In this document: positions 8,187-16,970 of the stretch, piece after piece
Position numbering within the stretch: position 1 is the first letter of the stretch
Layout: every line of letters begins with the position of its first letter
Assembly (NCBI GenBank): GCA_964637655.1
Contig: CAZWUZ010000009.1
Span: forward strand, 1 to 33,682
Length of the DNA: 33,682 nucleotides
From: an uncultured bacterium
GTDB taxonomy: Bacteria > DAOPZR01
Direction of reading: 5' to 3'
The notes under the pieces: model-generated
What the model saw: only the letters and a program-made list of their open reading frames with translations
Database searches by the model: none
Told to the model about the DNA's origin: nothing
Made by a program: the position numbers and the translations under genes

Positions 8187-10274
8187 ATGAGGAAAACGAT
8201 GGTTGTGGCGTGCTGCATGATATTGGCGACGTCAATCTGCACCGCGGCGGCAGCGGACATATTCCGCGTGTCTGCGAACCAGACGCCCGTATACGACGCC
8301 CCATCGGCGGCAAGCCAGCAGATAGCCACGGTACAGGCCAGCGACATCCTGTCGGCGGACAACACGAGCGGCTGGACGCTTGTCACCCTGCCGGACGGGC
8401 GCAAGGGTTGGGTGCGCGACACGGCGGGTACGCGGATGAGTGCGGGTGCGGCGACAGAACAGCCGACTGTGCAGACGCCTGTGGCTGTCGTTACCAATCC
8501 GAACGCTGTGGTCTTGCAGCAGCTTGTTGATAAGCTGCGCAGAGTGGCTACCGATTTCGCCGGTCGCGACTACGCCGGGCGCAACTTCCGGCGGGACCTG
8601 CTGGCCGGATTCAAGACGGTACTGACGGGTGCCGTGCTGGCGGAGTACACCCAGGCGGTGAACGACCCCGAGACCGATTTCGACGGCTATCTCGGCAACC
8701 TGAAGAACTGTTCGGTCGATAACGTGGAAGTATCCCGCGCGACGAGCACGCAGATAGACGCGACCGGTACGTTGCGGGTCAAGGTCGCGCTGGCCCGGGC
8801 GGTCGAGGACAACGGGGGCGGCATTGCCGAGGGTGGCATCGAGCAGAACTATGCCGTGTACCTGCAGTTCGCCAACATGCAAGGAATGACTGTGGAGCGG
8901 CTTCGGGCACTGGTCGCGCAGCACGGACTCGAGAACCTGGTCGCCGAGCAGGTCAACCGCACGACCTTCGTGGCCAAGAAGGAAGGACAGACATGGAAAA
9001 TCAGCAAGATGGACCTGGCATTTCAGGAAACGAGGCTGTTGACTACGACAGGGATGCTGGCTGACGGGGAGGTTACTTCAGCGACTACGACGTTGGCATC
9101 TTCACTGACCAATACCCCAGTGGCTACTGCCAGCAATGTTCCGCTGGCTTCGGGTACTGCGTTGGGGACGCCGATTGTGGTTGGCCAGACCATTGCCGGG
9201 ATGCTATCCGCGTCGGATATGCAGGATACGACCGGCAATTACTACGATGTTTATTACTTCAGCGGCAGGGAAGGCGAGCGCGTCTACATCAAAGCCATCA
9301 GTGAAGCGTGCAATATCCGGATGCTGCTCAAGGGACCGAACGGCTTTCAGGTCATAGATAATCGTGATAGCCGTAAAACACGCGGATTCGATAATCAACT
9401 GCTGCCGGCAACGGGGGCCTACACCATCGTACTTACGGGAATGAACCGAGGAACATCGACCTATCGGATTCGCCTCGACCGTCCGGGGACCATTACCCTT
9501 GAGTCAAATGCGGTCGTGAGTACAGTAGATTACGGGCATACTGTATTCGGTCAACTATCCAACACAGACCCGTTCTTTGCCGACGGAGCATACTACAAGG
9601 CGTTTCGGTTCGAGGGTCGTCGCGGAATGAGGATTACCGTCAAGCTCCACTCGGATATGTTCAATCCTTGGATGGCCATCACCGGACCGAACGGGTTCTA
9701 TTACACCAACGACAGGCTCGAAAACGGTGATGGAATCACCATCGGATGGGGCGAATACAACTGGGAAGACTATGCCGGTGCGAAGGAGTTGGAACTGCCA
9801 TCCGATGGCACTTATACCGTTATCGTCAGCACGAACAGGCCGGTTATCGGTTCATTTGGCTTGCGACTGGATTACAAGGCTGTGCTTCCGTACAGCGGTG
9901 CGCCGGTCGGGCAAATCATCATGGGACAGCCGATAAGCGGCAATCTGGCGGCGGGAGACGGGCAATTTGAAGATAGGGCATACTACGATGTATATTCGTT
10001 CCAAGCGCAGGCGGGTGAGGTGTACGAATTGAGAGGCACGTACACTCCGCGAGACAAGGAAATGACCATCCTGATATCGGAACAGAACGGCTTTATGCAG
10101 TCGTACGCATATCGTGGGACGCAATGGTATTCGAGGAGCGGCGCTCATGAAGAAGGAAAGGCCCGCTTCACCGCGCCGGTCACCGGAACGTACTATTTCT
10201 ATGTGTCGAGCCGGCATACCTATGGTCTGACTGAAATGACGTACCAGTTCACAATTAAGAGACTTACGCGATGA
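8187..10274 (+). CDS. Secreted protein with a bacterial SH3 domain and three PPC-like (pre-peptidase C-terminal) domains
   Basis: RBS GGAGGG before ATG 8187; signal peptide; SH3b-like VYDAPS...GWTLVTLPDGRKGWV; three repeats GQ.I.G.L...D.....YYD.Y.F.G..G....I......LP.TG.Y.I. Confidence 0.78.
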   Translation: MRKTMVVACCMILATSICTAAAADIFRVSANQTPVYDAPSAASQQIATVQASDILSADNTSGWTLVTLPDGRKGWVRDTAGTRMSAGAATEQPTVQTPVAVVTNPNAVVLQQLVDKLRRVATDFAGRDYAGRNFRRDLLAGFKTVLTGAVLAEYTQAVNDPETDFDGYLGNLKNCSVDNVEVSRATSTQIDATGTLRVKVALARAVEDNGGGIAEGGIEQNYAVYLQFANMQGMTVERLRALVAQHGLENLVAEQVNRTTFVAKKEGQTWKISKMDLAFQETRLLTTTGMLADGEVTSATTTLASSLTNTPVATASNVPLASGTALGTPIVVGQTIAGMLSASDMQDTTGNYYDVYYFSGREGERVYIKAISEACNIRMLLKGPNGFQVIDNRDSRKTRGFDNQLLPATGAYTIVLTGMNRGTSTYRIRLDRPGTITLESNAVVSTVDYGHTVFGQLSNTDPFFADGAYYKAFRFEGRRGMRITVKLHSDMFNPWMAITGPNGFYYTNDRLENGDGITIGWGEYNWEDYAGAKELELPSDGTYTVIVSTNRPVIGSFGLRLDYKAVLPYSGAPVGQIIMGQPISGNLAAGDGQFEDRAYYDVYSFQAQAGEVYELRGTYTPRDKEMTILISEQNGFMQSYAYRGTQWYSRSGAHEEGKARFTAPVTGTYYFYVSSRHTYGLTEMTYQFTIKRLTR

Positions 10275-10367
10275 TGGAATGAGACCGTATCGTCAATAAC
10301 GCTGCCATGGAGCGAGGCAAACTATAACCGGGCCGAGTGTGTCCAATCTAAGGAGGATAACATCACC

Positions 10368-10964
10368 ATGATTAACTCGGGATGCATATGCGTGCTGCTG
10401 GCGACGCTCTGCACGCTGCTTGCCGGCTGCACCGCGGCGAGCGAGACGGTAGCGCCGGAACCGTCCCCCGTCCCGTCGGACGCGTACAGCCAGGCAAGGG
10501 CGCAACACCTGGCCCGCGCGCAAATGCCGGAGGACGTCTTCTCGCCGGCCCAGTATCGCGACCGGATGACCGAGTTCTACGTGGCGCGCGGCATCCCCGT
10601 GGCGCACTCGTACATAAGCGTAAGCATGTACCGCCAGGACAACACCCGGTGGGGCGGCGACGACACGATTGCCGTCCTCGCGCGGACCGTCGAAGGGCAG
10701 CCGGCCGACTATGTCTATCATGAGGGCGATACGACTTTCGTAATGGCCAATGTGTATCCGCAGATATCCTGGGTCAAGGCGGCCGAGGGTGGGCTTCTGC
10801 TGTTTCTGCCCGATGTGCTGACCGCTGCGTCCTACGCGCAATGGCAGCATAATGCCGAGGCTTTCCTGCGCTACAGCCCATATGCCGCGTGGAAAGAAGG
10901 CCTGCCCAAGAGCGAATGGAATCGCGGCTGGCGCGAGCTGATGGGGATGCCGCCGGACCGGTAG
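10368..10964 (+). CDS. Hypothetical lipoprotein
   Basis: RBS AAGGAGG; hydrophobic stretch ending in the lipobox LLAGC. Confidence 0.7.
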   Translation: MINSGCICVLLATLCTLLAGCTAASETVAPEPSPVPSDAYSQARAQHLARAQMPEDVFSPAQYRDRMTEFYVARGIPVAHSYISVSMYRQDNTRWGGDDTIAVLARTVEGQPADYVYHEGDTTFVMANVYPQISWVKAAEGGLLLFLPDVLTAASYAQWQHNAEAFLRYSPYAAWKEGLPKSEWNRGWRELMGMPPDR

Positions 10965-10982
10965 CCCAAGCCGCAGGACGCG

Positions 10983-11039
10983 AAAATCTGCTTCCCAAAC
11001 CATCTTCCATGTGCCTCTCTATATAGAGGGAGGCGCACC
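10983..11039 (+). repeat. Conserved upstream element, copy B (copy A at 2683-2740)
   Basis: AAAATCTGCTTCCCAAACCATCTTCCATGTGCCTCTCTATATAGAGGGAGG aligns with copy A. Confidence 0.6.
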
Positions 11040-11159
11040 ATGATGAAGCGAATCGTCGCCGTATCAGACCTACACGGCCGTCCCCCTCAGATACCCGTGT
11101 GCTACCTCTTTGGAAATCGCCCGGAGTACGCGCTGAGTCTCATCAAGATGCCCGCATGA
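11040..11159 (+). pseudogene. 39-codon remnant of a calcineurin-like metallophosphoesterase
   Basis: MMKRIVAVSDLHGRPPQIPVC keeps only motif I (DxH); strong RBS; its stop overlaps the next start (ATGA). Confidence 0.6.
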
Positions 11160-11713
11160 AACGGATATTCGCCATCGGCGACACGCATCGCCTGATGATT
11201 ATCCCTCCCGCGGGATACGACTATACGATTCACTTGGGCGATTTCATCGACTATTTCGACGTCGGATTGAACGATGAGAAACTTGAGATATACCGGCATC
11301 GCTTTGACGAGATTCGACAGGCGTATACGCATTACGTCATCGGCAACCACGAGCGTATGTTCCTGAATCGGTACGGGCCGAATATTCTGGGCGAAGAAAT
11401 GCCGGAGTCGTTGACCATCCCTGTTGAGGGTATCAAGCTGCGGGCGAGCCATTACATCAATCAGCCACGTCGGGGTTCGCGGGAATTGCCGCTCGTACCC
11501 GAGTCACTGATGCAGAACATGTTCAGGGAGGTCATCAAGTGCGACGCGCGCCTGGTGCTATATGGGCACACGCACCGTCAGCGGTACGACCAGTATCAGG
11601 GCTTTCACCTTGTCGATGTCGGACATGGCCAGCGAGGAGATGCCGCGGATATCGTGGTCGACGGTCGGCATGTCGAGGTGAATCTGCTCCCGGATTCAAG
11701 GGGAAACGGGTAA
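11156..11713 (+). CDS. Calcineurin-like metallophosphoesterase
   Basis: GDTH, HLGDFIDY, IGNHE, ASH and YGHTH motifs; likely start is ATG 11156. Confidence 0.88.
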   Translation: MKRIFAIGDTHRLMIIPPAGYDYTIHLGDFIDYFDVGLNDEKLEIYRHRFDEIRQAYTHYVIGNHERMFLNRYGPNILGEEMPESLTIPVEGIKLRASHYINQPRRGSRELPLVPESLMQNMFREVIKCDARLVLYGHTHRQRYDQYQGFHLVDVGHGQRGDAADIVVDGRHVEVNLLPDSRGNG

Positions 11714-11724
11714 GGTGAACGACC

Positions 11725-12144
11725 ATGAAACAAGAACTGCGAAATGAACTGTTTCGCAAGTATCCGAAGATATTCAGGCAGAAGAACTTGCCGATGACAG
11801 AAACCTGCATGAATAGGAGCATATGCTGCGGTGACGGATGGTACTAGCTGATTGACCGCCTGTGCGCTGCCGTACAGGGCTATATCGACGGAAAGAAGAG
11901 CAAGGTCTCGCAGGTGGAAGCGGTCCAGGTCAAGGAAAAGTTCGGGCGATTGCGGTTCTCCATCAACGGGGGCGACGATATTATCAGGGGATGGATACAA
12001 TTCGCCGAGTGTCTGTCGGGTTCAGTTTGCGAAGAGTGCGGGATTACCGAATGCACACGTACGAATGAAGAAGGGTGGATGAAGACGCTCTGTCCGAGAT
12101 GTCGTAAACAAGAGATGAGGAGCGTACAGGGGACGGATGTATGA
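11725..12144 (+). pseudogene. Phage/MGE-type KEKFGxLRF protein with a C-terminal Zn finger, interrupted by an in-frame TAG at 11845-11847
   Basis: One frame reads MKQELRNELFRKYPKIF...CGDGWY*LIDRLC...QVKEKFGRLRF...SVCEECG...GWMKTLCPRC. Confidence 0.75.
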
Positions 12145-12706
12145 TGCTGCGACTTGAATGGGTCATGGCTGTTTCCCCTGTGTTGACAAGAAAACATGAG
12201 CAATGCTCTGCTGGTAATTGTTGAAATCTACATGGCGAATGACGGGAAAGATATGCGCATGAAGAATGACACTGAGCAGAGGTTGTCCTTTTTGCGTATG
12301 AGTTAGAGATAGAGCAGGGAGACTAACTACTGGCCGATATTGAGGTATTAAAATCCACGCTGGGTCTGAAGTAATTGAGCGGGATAATTATTGGCGGCTG
12401 GGAAGAATCGCTGAATTGAATATCCGAAAACCAACCCACTATCGAGATAAACGCAAGCATATCAGGTAGATATGATGGGCGATGCAAATTCACGATAATT
12501 TAACCCGTGCGACATTATCCGTTAACATATACGTGATATGATTTGCTACAGTGTATTTACCTATACCTTATTGGATGCTTTTGGAGGGGAAGCATGCCGA
12601 TGGAGGGCGTGGTTCCCTTGTGTTTTCATTAGCAGAGGGGGGGATGGAATGCGAAGGTGTACTGTCTGAGTGTCTATGAAAACGAGATGTGAGGACATTA
12701 GGGAAC

Positions 12707-13699
12707 ATGAAAATACTTAGTATTGACGGTGGCGGGTATCTGGGATTGGCGACGGCGTCTTTTATTGAAGAGACGGAACGCCATTTTTGTACGAAGTTTC
12801 ACGATGAGTTTGACCTGTTCTGTGGAACAAGCACTGGGGCAATTATTGCCTTATGTTTGGCTTCTGGCATGACAGGTGAGGAAATCCGTCGCATGTATGA
12901 GGATTTTGGACCGAAAGTATTTTCCAACTATTGCAGGCTTCATCGCTGGTTGAGAAAATGGCCGTGGGGTATCTTCTTCAGTCGATACAGCAACACGCCT
13001 TTGCGTCATGCCCTTGAAGAGGCTTTTGGCGAGATGACACTTGGTGATATTTTGAAAAGAGATAAGAAAGTCTTGGTTACCGCATACTCGCTTACCAATG
13101 GGCGCCCTTGGTTTTTCAAAACAAATCATTCTCCAACGCTTACTAGGGATAATGGGTACAAATTGGTCGACATTGCTATGGCTAGTTCGGCGGCGCCTAC
13201 ATACCTGCCGGAAGTGGAGTTGAAAGACCCTTCAAGTGATATTTCGAACACATACTGCGATGGCGGTGTTGTAGCGAATCACCCGGCTCTGCTGGGATAT
13301 GCCGAAGCAGTATACGAGTTAAAATCCTTGCCTGCATCCATAAAAATCCTTTCGTTATCCACCCCGCGAGTGCCATTGGCTATCAGCGAAGTGGAAAAGA
13401 ATTATGTTCAGCGAATATCCCGGAAAGGAATCATTTTGTGGGGTTCAAAACTTGCTGATATTTTCATTGATTCCAATTCACAAATGGTTGACCAACTATT
13501 CCGGCGAATTGTGAAGCCGCCTGAATCAGACGGCCCTACATACATCCGGATTATGCTCGAACGACCAGCATGCCTGGAATTGGACACGGCTGATGCCGCC
13601 GCAACAACGACTCTGAAGCAAATAGGTATGGATAAGGCGTCATCAGGGGTTACGCGCCAAGAATTACAAAAACTATTCAACCATGGAGGAAATAACTAA
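12707..13699 (+). CDS. capV: CBASS patatin-like phospholipase effector
   Basis: ILSIDGGG oxyanion loop, GTSTG catalytic Ser, ASSAAPTY, DGGVVANHP catalytic Asp; directly upstream of a CD-NTase. Confidence 0.92.
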   Translation: MKILSIDGGGYLGLATASFIEETERHFCTKFHDEFDLFCGTSTGAIIALCLASGMTGEEIRRMYEDFGPKVFSNYCRLHRWLRKWPWGIFFSRYSNTPLRHALEEAFGEMTLGDILKRDKKVLVTAYSLTNGRPWFFKTNHSPTLTRDNGYKLVDIAMASSAAPTYLPEVELKDPSSDISNTYCDGGVVANHPALLGYAEAVYELKSLPASIKILSLSTPRVPLAISEVEKNYVQRISRKGIILWGSKLADIFIDSNSQMVDQLFRRIVKPPESDGPTYIRIMLERPACLELDTADAAATTTLKQIGMDKASSGVTRQELQKLFNHGGNN

Positions 13700-13700
13700 A

Positions 13701-14711
13701 ATGGCAAACGTTCAGAAGTATTTCGAACAGTTTCACGAAGAGATTCGTGTCGACATGGATGACGGCGAGCCCCTGCGTGAGAAACGGGAAATCATTCTCG
13801 ACAAGATTCGGAAACACCTGAAGGAAAATGGCAATCCTGGGTTTATTCCGCTTCTGCAAGGCAGCTACGCCATTGGCACAGGAATCATGCCTATTGAAGA
13901 GTTGGAATACGACATCGACGTTGGTTTGCGTTTTGATATTCTGGATTCTCTTCCTCTGCCTGCACCTGCTATTGTTCACAAGTGGGTGCATGATGCCGTT
14001 GAGGGTCACACTGATGATGTCGAAGACAAGGGGCCTTGTATCCGCGTCGCTTACTCGGACGACCCGCCATACCATGTGGACTTGGTTTGTTACGCTTGGA
14101 AGAAAACGAGCGATGGACTGGAATGTTATCGGCTTGCCCATAAGTCCAAGGGCTGGCGAGAAGCAGACCCGCCCAAACTTATGAAGCACATTGAGGAAGC
14201 CCGTGAACGTTTCAAAGACACGGTTGATACAACTACCAATACCAAAACGGACCAATTCAGGCGGTGTGTTCGCTATCTCAAACGCTGGAATGATGTATGT
14301 ATTCCGAGGGAGATGGATTCTAAGCCAAGTGGCTTGGCGTGGGCTTTGCTTGCTGCCAAACATCTACAGGTCAGCCACCAAGTGGATGGCAAACCGGATG
14401 ACAGAAAGGCGCTCTACTATCTTGCGCGGCAACTTGCTGATACTCCGGGACGAATAGTTGCCCGAAAGCCGTCTCCTGAATATGAGGACATCCTTCAGAG
14501 CCTGTCCAATTCTGATATGGATGAACTCAAAGGTCGACTCAATGATTTGGCTGAAGTTCTCTCGTTCGCGGACAACCACAAAGACCCCGTTGATGCGTGC
14601 AAGATGCTAAGGGGGGTATTCGGTAACGATTATCCCGTCCCTTCGCTGGAAGATACCGGTAAAGGCACCAAAGCGCCGGCCATTATCACATCGAGTCCGT
14701 CCGCCGCCTGA
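13701..14711 (+). CDS. cGAS/DncV-like nucleotidyltransferase (CD-NTase; CdnB-like, clade uncertain)
   Basis: MANVQKYFEQFHEEI...LREKR, QGSYAIGTGIMP...YDIDVG (hGS..DxD), YHVDLV, QFRRCVRYLKRW; small-residue C-terminal tail ITSSPSAA; RBS GGAGG. Confidence 0.93.
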   Translation: MANVQKYFEQFHEEIRVDMDDGEPLREKREIILDKIRKHLKENGNPGFIPLLQGSYAIGTGIMPIEELEYDIDVGLRFDILDSLPLPAPAIVHKWVHDAVEGHTDDVEDKGPCIRVAYSDDPPYHVDLVCYAWKKTSDGLECYRLAHKSKGWREADPPKLMKHIEEARERFKDTVDTTTNTKTDQFRRCVRYLKRWNDVCIPREMDSKPSGLAWALLAAKHLQVSHQVDGKPDDRKALYYLARQLADTPGRIVARKPSPEYEDILQSLSNSDMDELKGRLNDLAEVLSFADNHKDPVDACKMLRGVFGNDYPVPSLEDTGKGTKAPAIITSSPSAA

Positions 14712-14716
14712 ATGAA

Positions 14717-16447
14717 ATGAGCTCGGAGATACTCAAGTCTGCTCGCGCAGCTGCGTATGGAGAGGCCCGACAGGAGCTGACAGCGCAGGCATTCCGCCAA
14801 ATCGAAAACGGTACTTGGCAAGGAGAACTCAATCTCGGTGAACTGGGCCGTATCCCTATCCGCCTTACTATTCCGTCAGAATTCCCCGACATACTTCCGA
14901 AGGTCTATGTTTCAGACACCGACCTGCAGAAACGAATTCCCCACAGAGAAGCCGATGGAAAGTTGTGTCTCGCTCCAGATACCGGAATCCTTATTGATGC
15001 ATCACGACCACGCGAGATTGTTAAAGAAACGCTGGAAAGGGCACGAGAAACACTGCGCATCGGTCTATCCGATGCCAATCAGGACCATTATATTAGTGAA
15101 TATTCTGCCTATTGGAGAAATGGCAACCGCGGAAAATTGTTTTCACTAATTGAGCTCACAGGTTCAGCCCGCGCAATATGTGAGGTTATATTCAAATCCA
15201 AGACGGGGATATTGGTGTATGCAACCGAGAACAAGGGCAAGGCTGACGAATGGGCTAAACGGAATCTGCGCCAAATCGAGAAAACAAGACCGGCATTCTA
15301 TATCCCACTCCAGAGTGCTTTTATTCCACCGGATTTTAATGCCATTATGACTGTAAGCGAGATTCATGAAACCCTGAAACTGCATTCGGATGATGTGTCG
15401 TTTGGTCAATTTGTGGCTTGGTTACAACAAGTGACGCTCCCTGTGACGGTCGTCTTCTCAGTGCCCACCGACCAGCATGGGGGAAGGACTGTTGCTGCCA
15501 TCCGATTTGAAGAAGTTGTTGTCAAGGGATTTCGAAGAGGACAAGCAAAAGCCAGCATGGCGCTAAAGAATAGTCCTCAGAAACCGGTCACTAAGCTGCA
15601 GACTGAGCGTATCGATAGGGCTTATCTTCTACCACGTGGAGGAAGCTCGCTATCGATGATGACAAAGACGGTTACTCTTGTTGGATGTGGGGCTGTCGGT
15701 TCGCACATAGCCAGGAATCTTGCCGCTATGGGCGTTGGCACGTTGCGAATAGTAGACAACGATACCCTGTCGGTGGACAATATATACAGGCATGTTCTCG
15801 ATATGTCTTATGTAGGGCATAATAAGGCTCAAGGAATGGCTTGCTTCCTCGAGTTGACCATTCCTCATATTAAAATCGAACCTGTGCCTCAAAATGTGCT
15901 TGAAGTGTTGAATTCAAATCCCGACATCTTCCTAAAATCTGACCTCATAATTGTCGCTCTCGGAGATGGTACTTTGGAACTACGTCTCAATGACACGCTG
16001 GGCTATCAGGTTGCACGTATTCACACATGGTTGGAACCGCTGGGTATCGGTGGACATGTACTTGTGACTGGTCTGACTGGCGCAAAGGGTTGTTTTAGAT
16101 GCCTTTTTGATTACGAGGATTCCATTGGCTTAGTGAACCGCAGTTCCTTCGCCAAACCTGGTCAGCAGTTTCATAAGTCAATGGCGGGATGTTCGGGTGC
16201 GTTCACGCCCTTCTCATATCTAGATGCAGCGAAGACGGCACTCGAAGCGACTGCCGTTGTTTCAAAGATTCTGACGGGTGAGCCAGTTGAAAATTTGCTC
16301 CAGAGCTGGTTTGGCGACCCCAAGGGTTTTACGGATTCAGGGTTTGCACTTTCTGATAGAACTAAGCACTTTCATCAAATGGAAACGAAATCCTTGACCG
16401 CATTCGGAAGAGGGGATTGTCCTACATGCCAAAGAAAAAAGGCCTGA
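14717..16447 (+). CDS. cap2: CBASS Cap2 ubiquitin-like transferase (E2 + E1/ThiF fusion)
   Basis: E2-like FPDILP...PHREADGKLCL; E1 VTLVGCGAVGS, DNDTLSVDNIYRH, GCFRCL, AGCSGAFTPF, terminal CPTC. Confidence 0.92.
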   Translation: MSSEILKSARAAAYGEARQELTAQAFRQIENGTWQGELNLGELGRIPIRLTIPSEFPDILPKVYVSDTDLQKRIPHREADGKLCLAPDTGILIDASRPREIVKETLERARETLRIGLSDANQDHYISEYSAYWRNGNRGKLFSLIELTGSARAICEVIFKSKTGILVYATENKGKADEWAKRNLRQIEKTRPAFYIPLQSAFIPPDFNAIMTVSEIHETLKLHSDDVSFGQFVAWLQQVTLPVTVVFSVPTDQHGGRTVAAIRFEEVVVKGFRRGQAKASMALKNSPQKPVTKLQTERIDRAYLLPRGGSSLSMMTKTVTLVGCGAVGSHIARNLAAMGVGTLRIVDNDTLSVDNIYRHVLDMSYVGHNKAQGMACFLELTIPHIKIEPVPQNVLEVLNSNPDIFLKSDLIIVALGDGTLELRLNDTLGYQVARIHTWLEPLGIGGHVLVTGLTGAKGCFRCLFDYEDSIGLVNRSSFAKPGQQFHKSMAGCSGAFTPFSYLDAAKTALEATAVVSKILTGEPVENLLQSWFGDPKGFTDSGFALSDRTKHFHQMETKSLTAFGRGDCPTCQRKKA

Positions 16448-16914
16448 CCTTTACCTGTGTAAGTGGTGGAAGTGTATTTATCGGCATGAATGTGGGTGCT
16501 GTTTTTGAGCAGTTTTCAAATGGAGATGCCAGCTCAGCGGAAGGTGGTGGCATTCTCCTTGGGCGTTTTATCCGCGATTCCGACGACATCGTTGTGGATG
16601 AAATCACAACCCCGGCAGATGGCGATAAGAGAAGTAAATTTTTCTTCTGGCGGCGGCGTGAACCGCATCAGAAGCGGGTCGATGACGCATGGGGAAAATC
16701 AAACGGCACATCGAATTATCTTGGCGAGTGGCATACCCATCCAGAAGATACTCCTGCCCCGTCGGAACATGATATCCAGAATTGGAAGCGAATTGCCAAT
16801 CTTGCCAGATATGAGCAAGATAGACTTTTGTTCGTGATTGTCGGTTACAAGAAAATCCGTCTATGGGTGTTAAAAAAAGCGGAAGGAACATTGACCGAAC
16901 TCGAGCAGGTGTAG
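16426..16914 (+). CDS. cap3: CBASS Cap3 JAB/MPN isopeptidase
   Basis: EGGGILLG and YLGEWHTHPEDTPAPSEHD (HxH..S..D) JAMM motif; overlaps the end of cap2. Confidence 0.92.
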   Translation: MPKKKGLTFTCVSGGSVFIGMNVGAVFEQFSNGDASSAEGGGILLGRFIRDSDDIVVDEITTPADGDKRSKFFFWRRREPHQKRVDDAWGKSNGTSNYLGEWHTHPEDTPAPSEHDIQNWKRIANLARYEQDRLLFVIVGYKKIRLWVLKKAEGTLTELEQV

Positions 16915-16921
16915 TCCACGA

Positions 16922-16951
16922 TTGACAATGCTTTTGGAAAACCGCTATAAT
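16922..16951 (+). promoter_or_regulatory. Consensus sigma70 promoter for the secretion/pilus operon
   Basis: TTGACA 16922-16927, 18-nt spacer, TATAAT 16946-16951, 19 nt before TTG 16971. Confidence 0.75.
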
Positions 16952-16970
16952 TCCAATTGGGAGTGGGAAA

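Noticed and set aside
11845-11847. Genome-wide TAG recoding (alternative genetic code)
   Set aside because: TAG terminates several clearly complete genes here (1087, 2588, 10964, 16914, 19554, 25542), so a single internal TAG is better explained as a nonsense mutation.
12145-12700. Possible CBASS regulator (CapW/CapH-like) or small gene upstream of capV
   Set aside because: Only short, stop-interrupted frames without HTH or WYL motifs; it looks like degraded or intergenic sequence.
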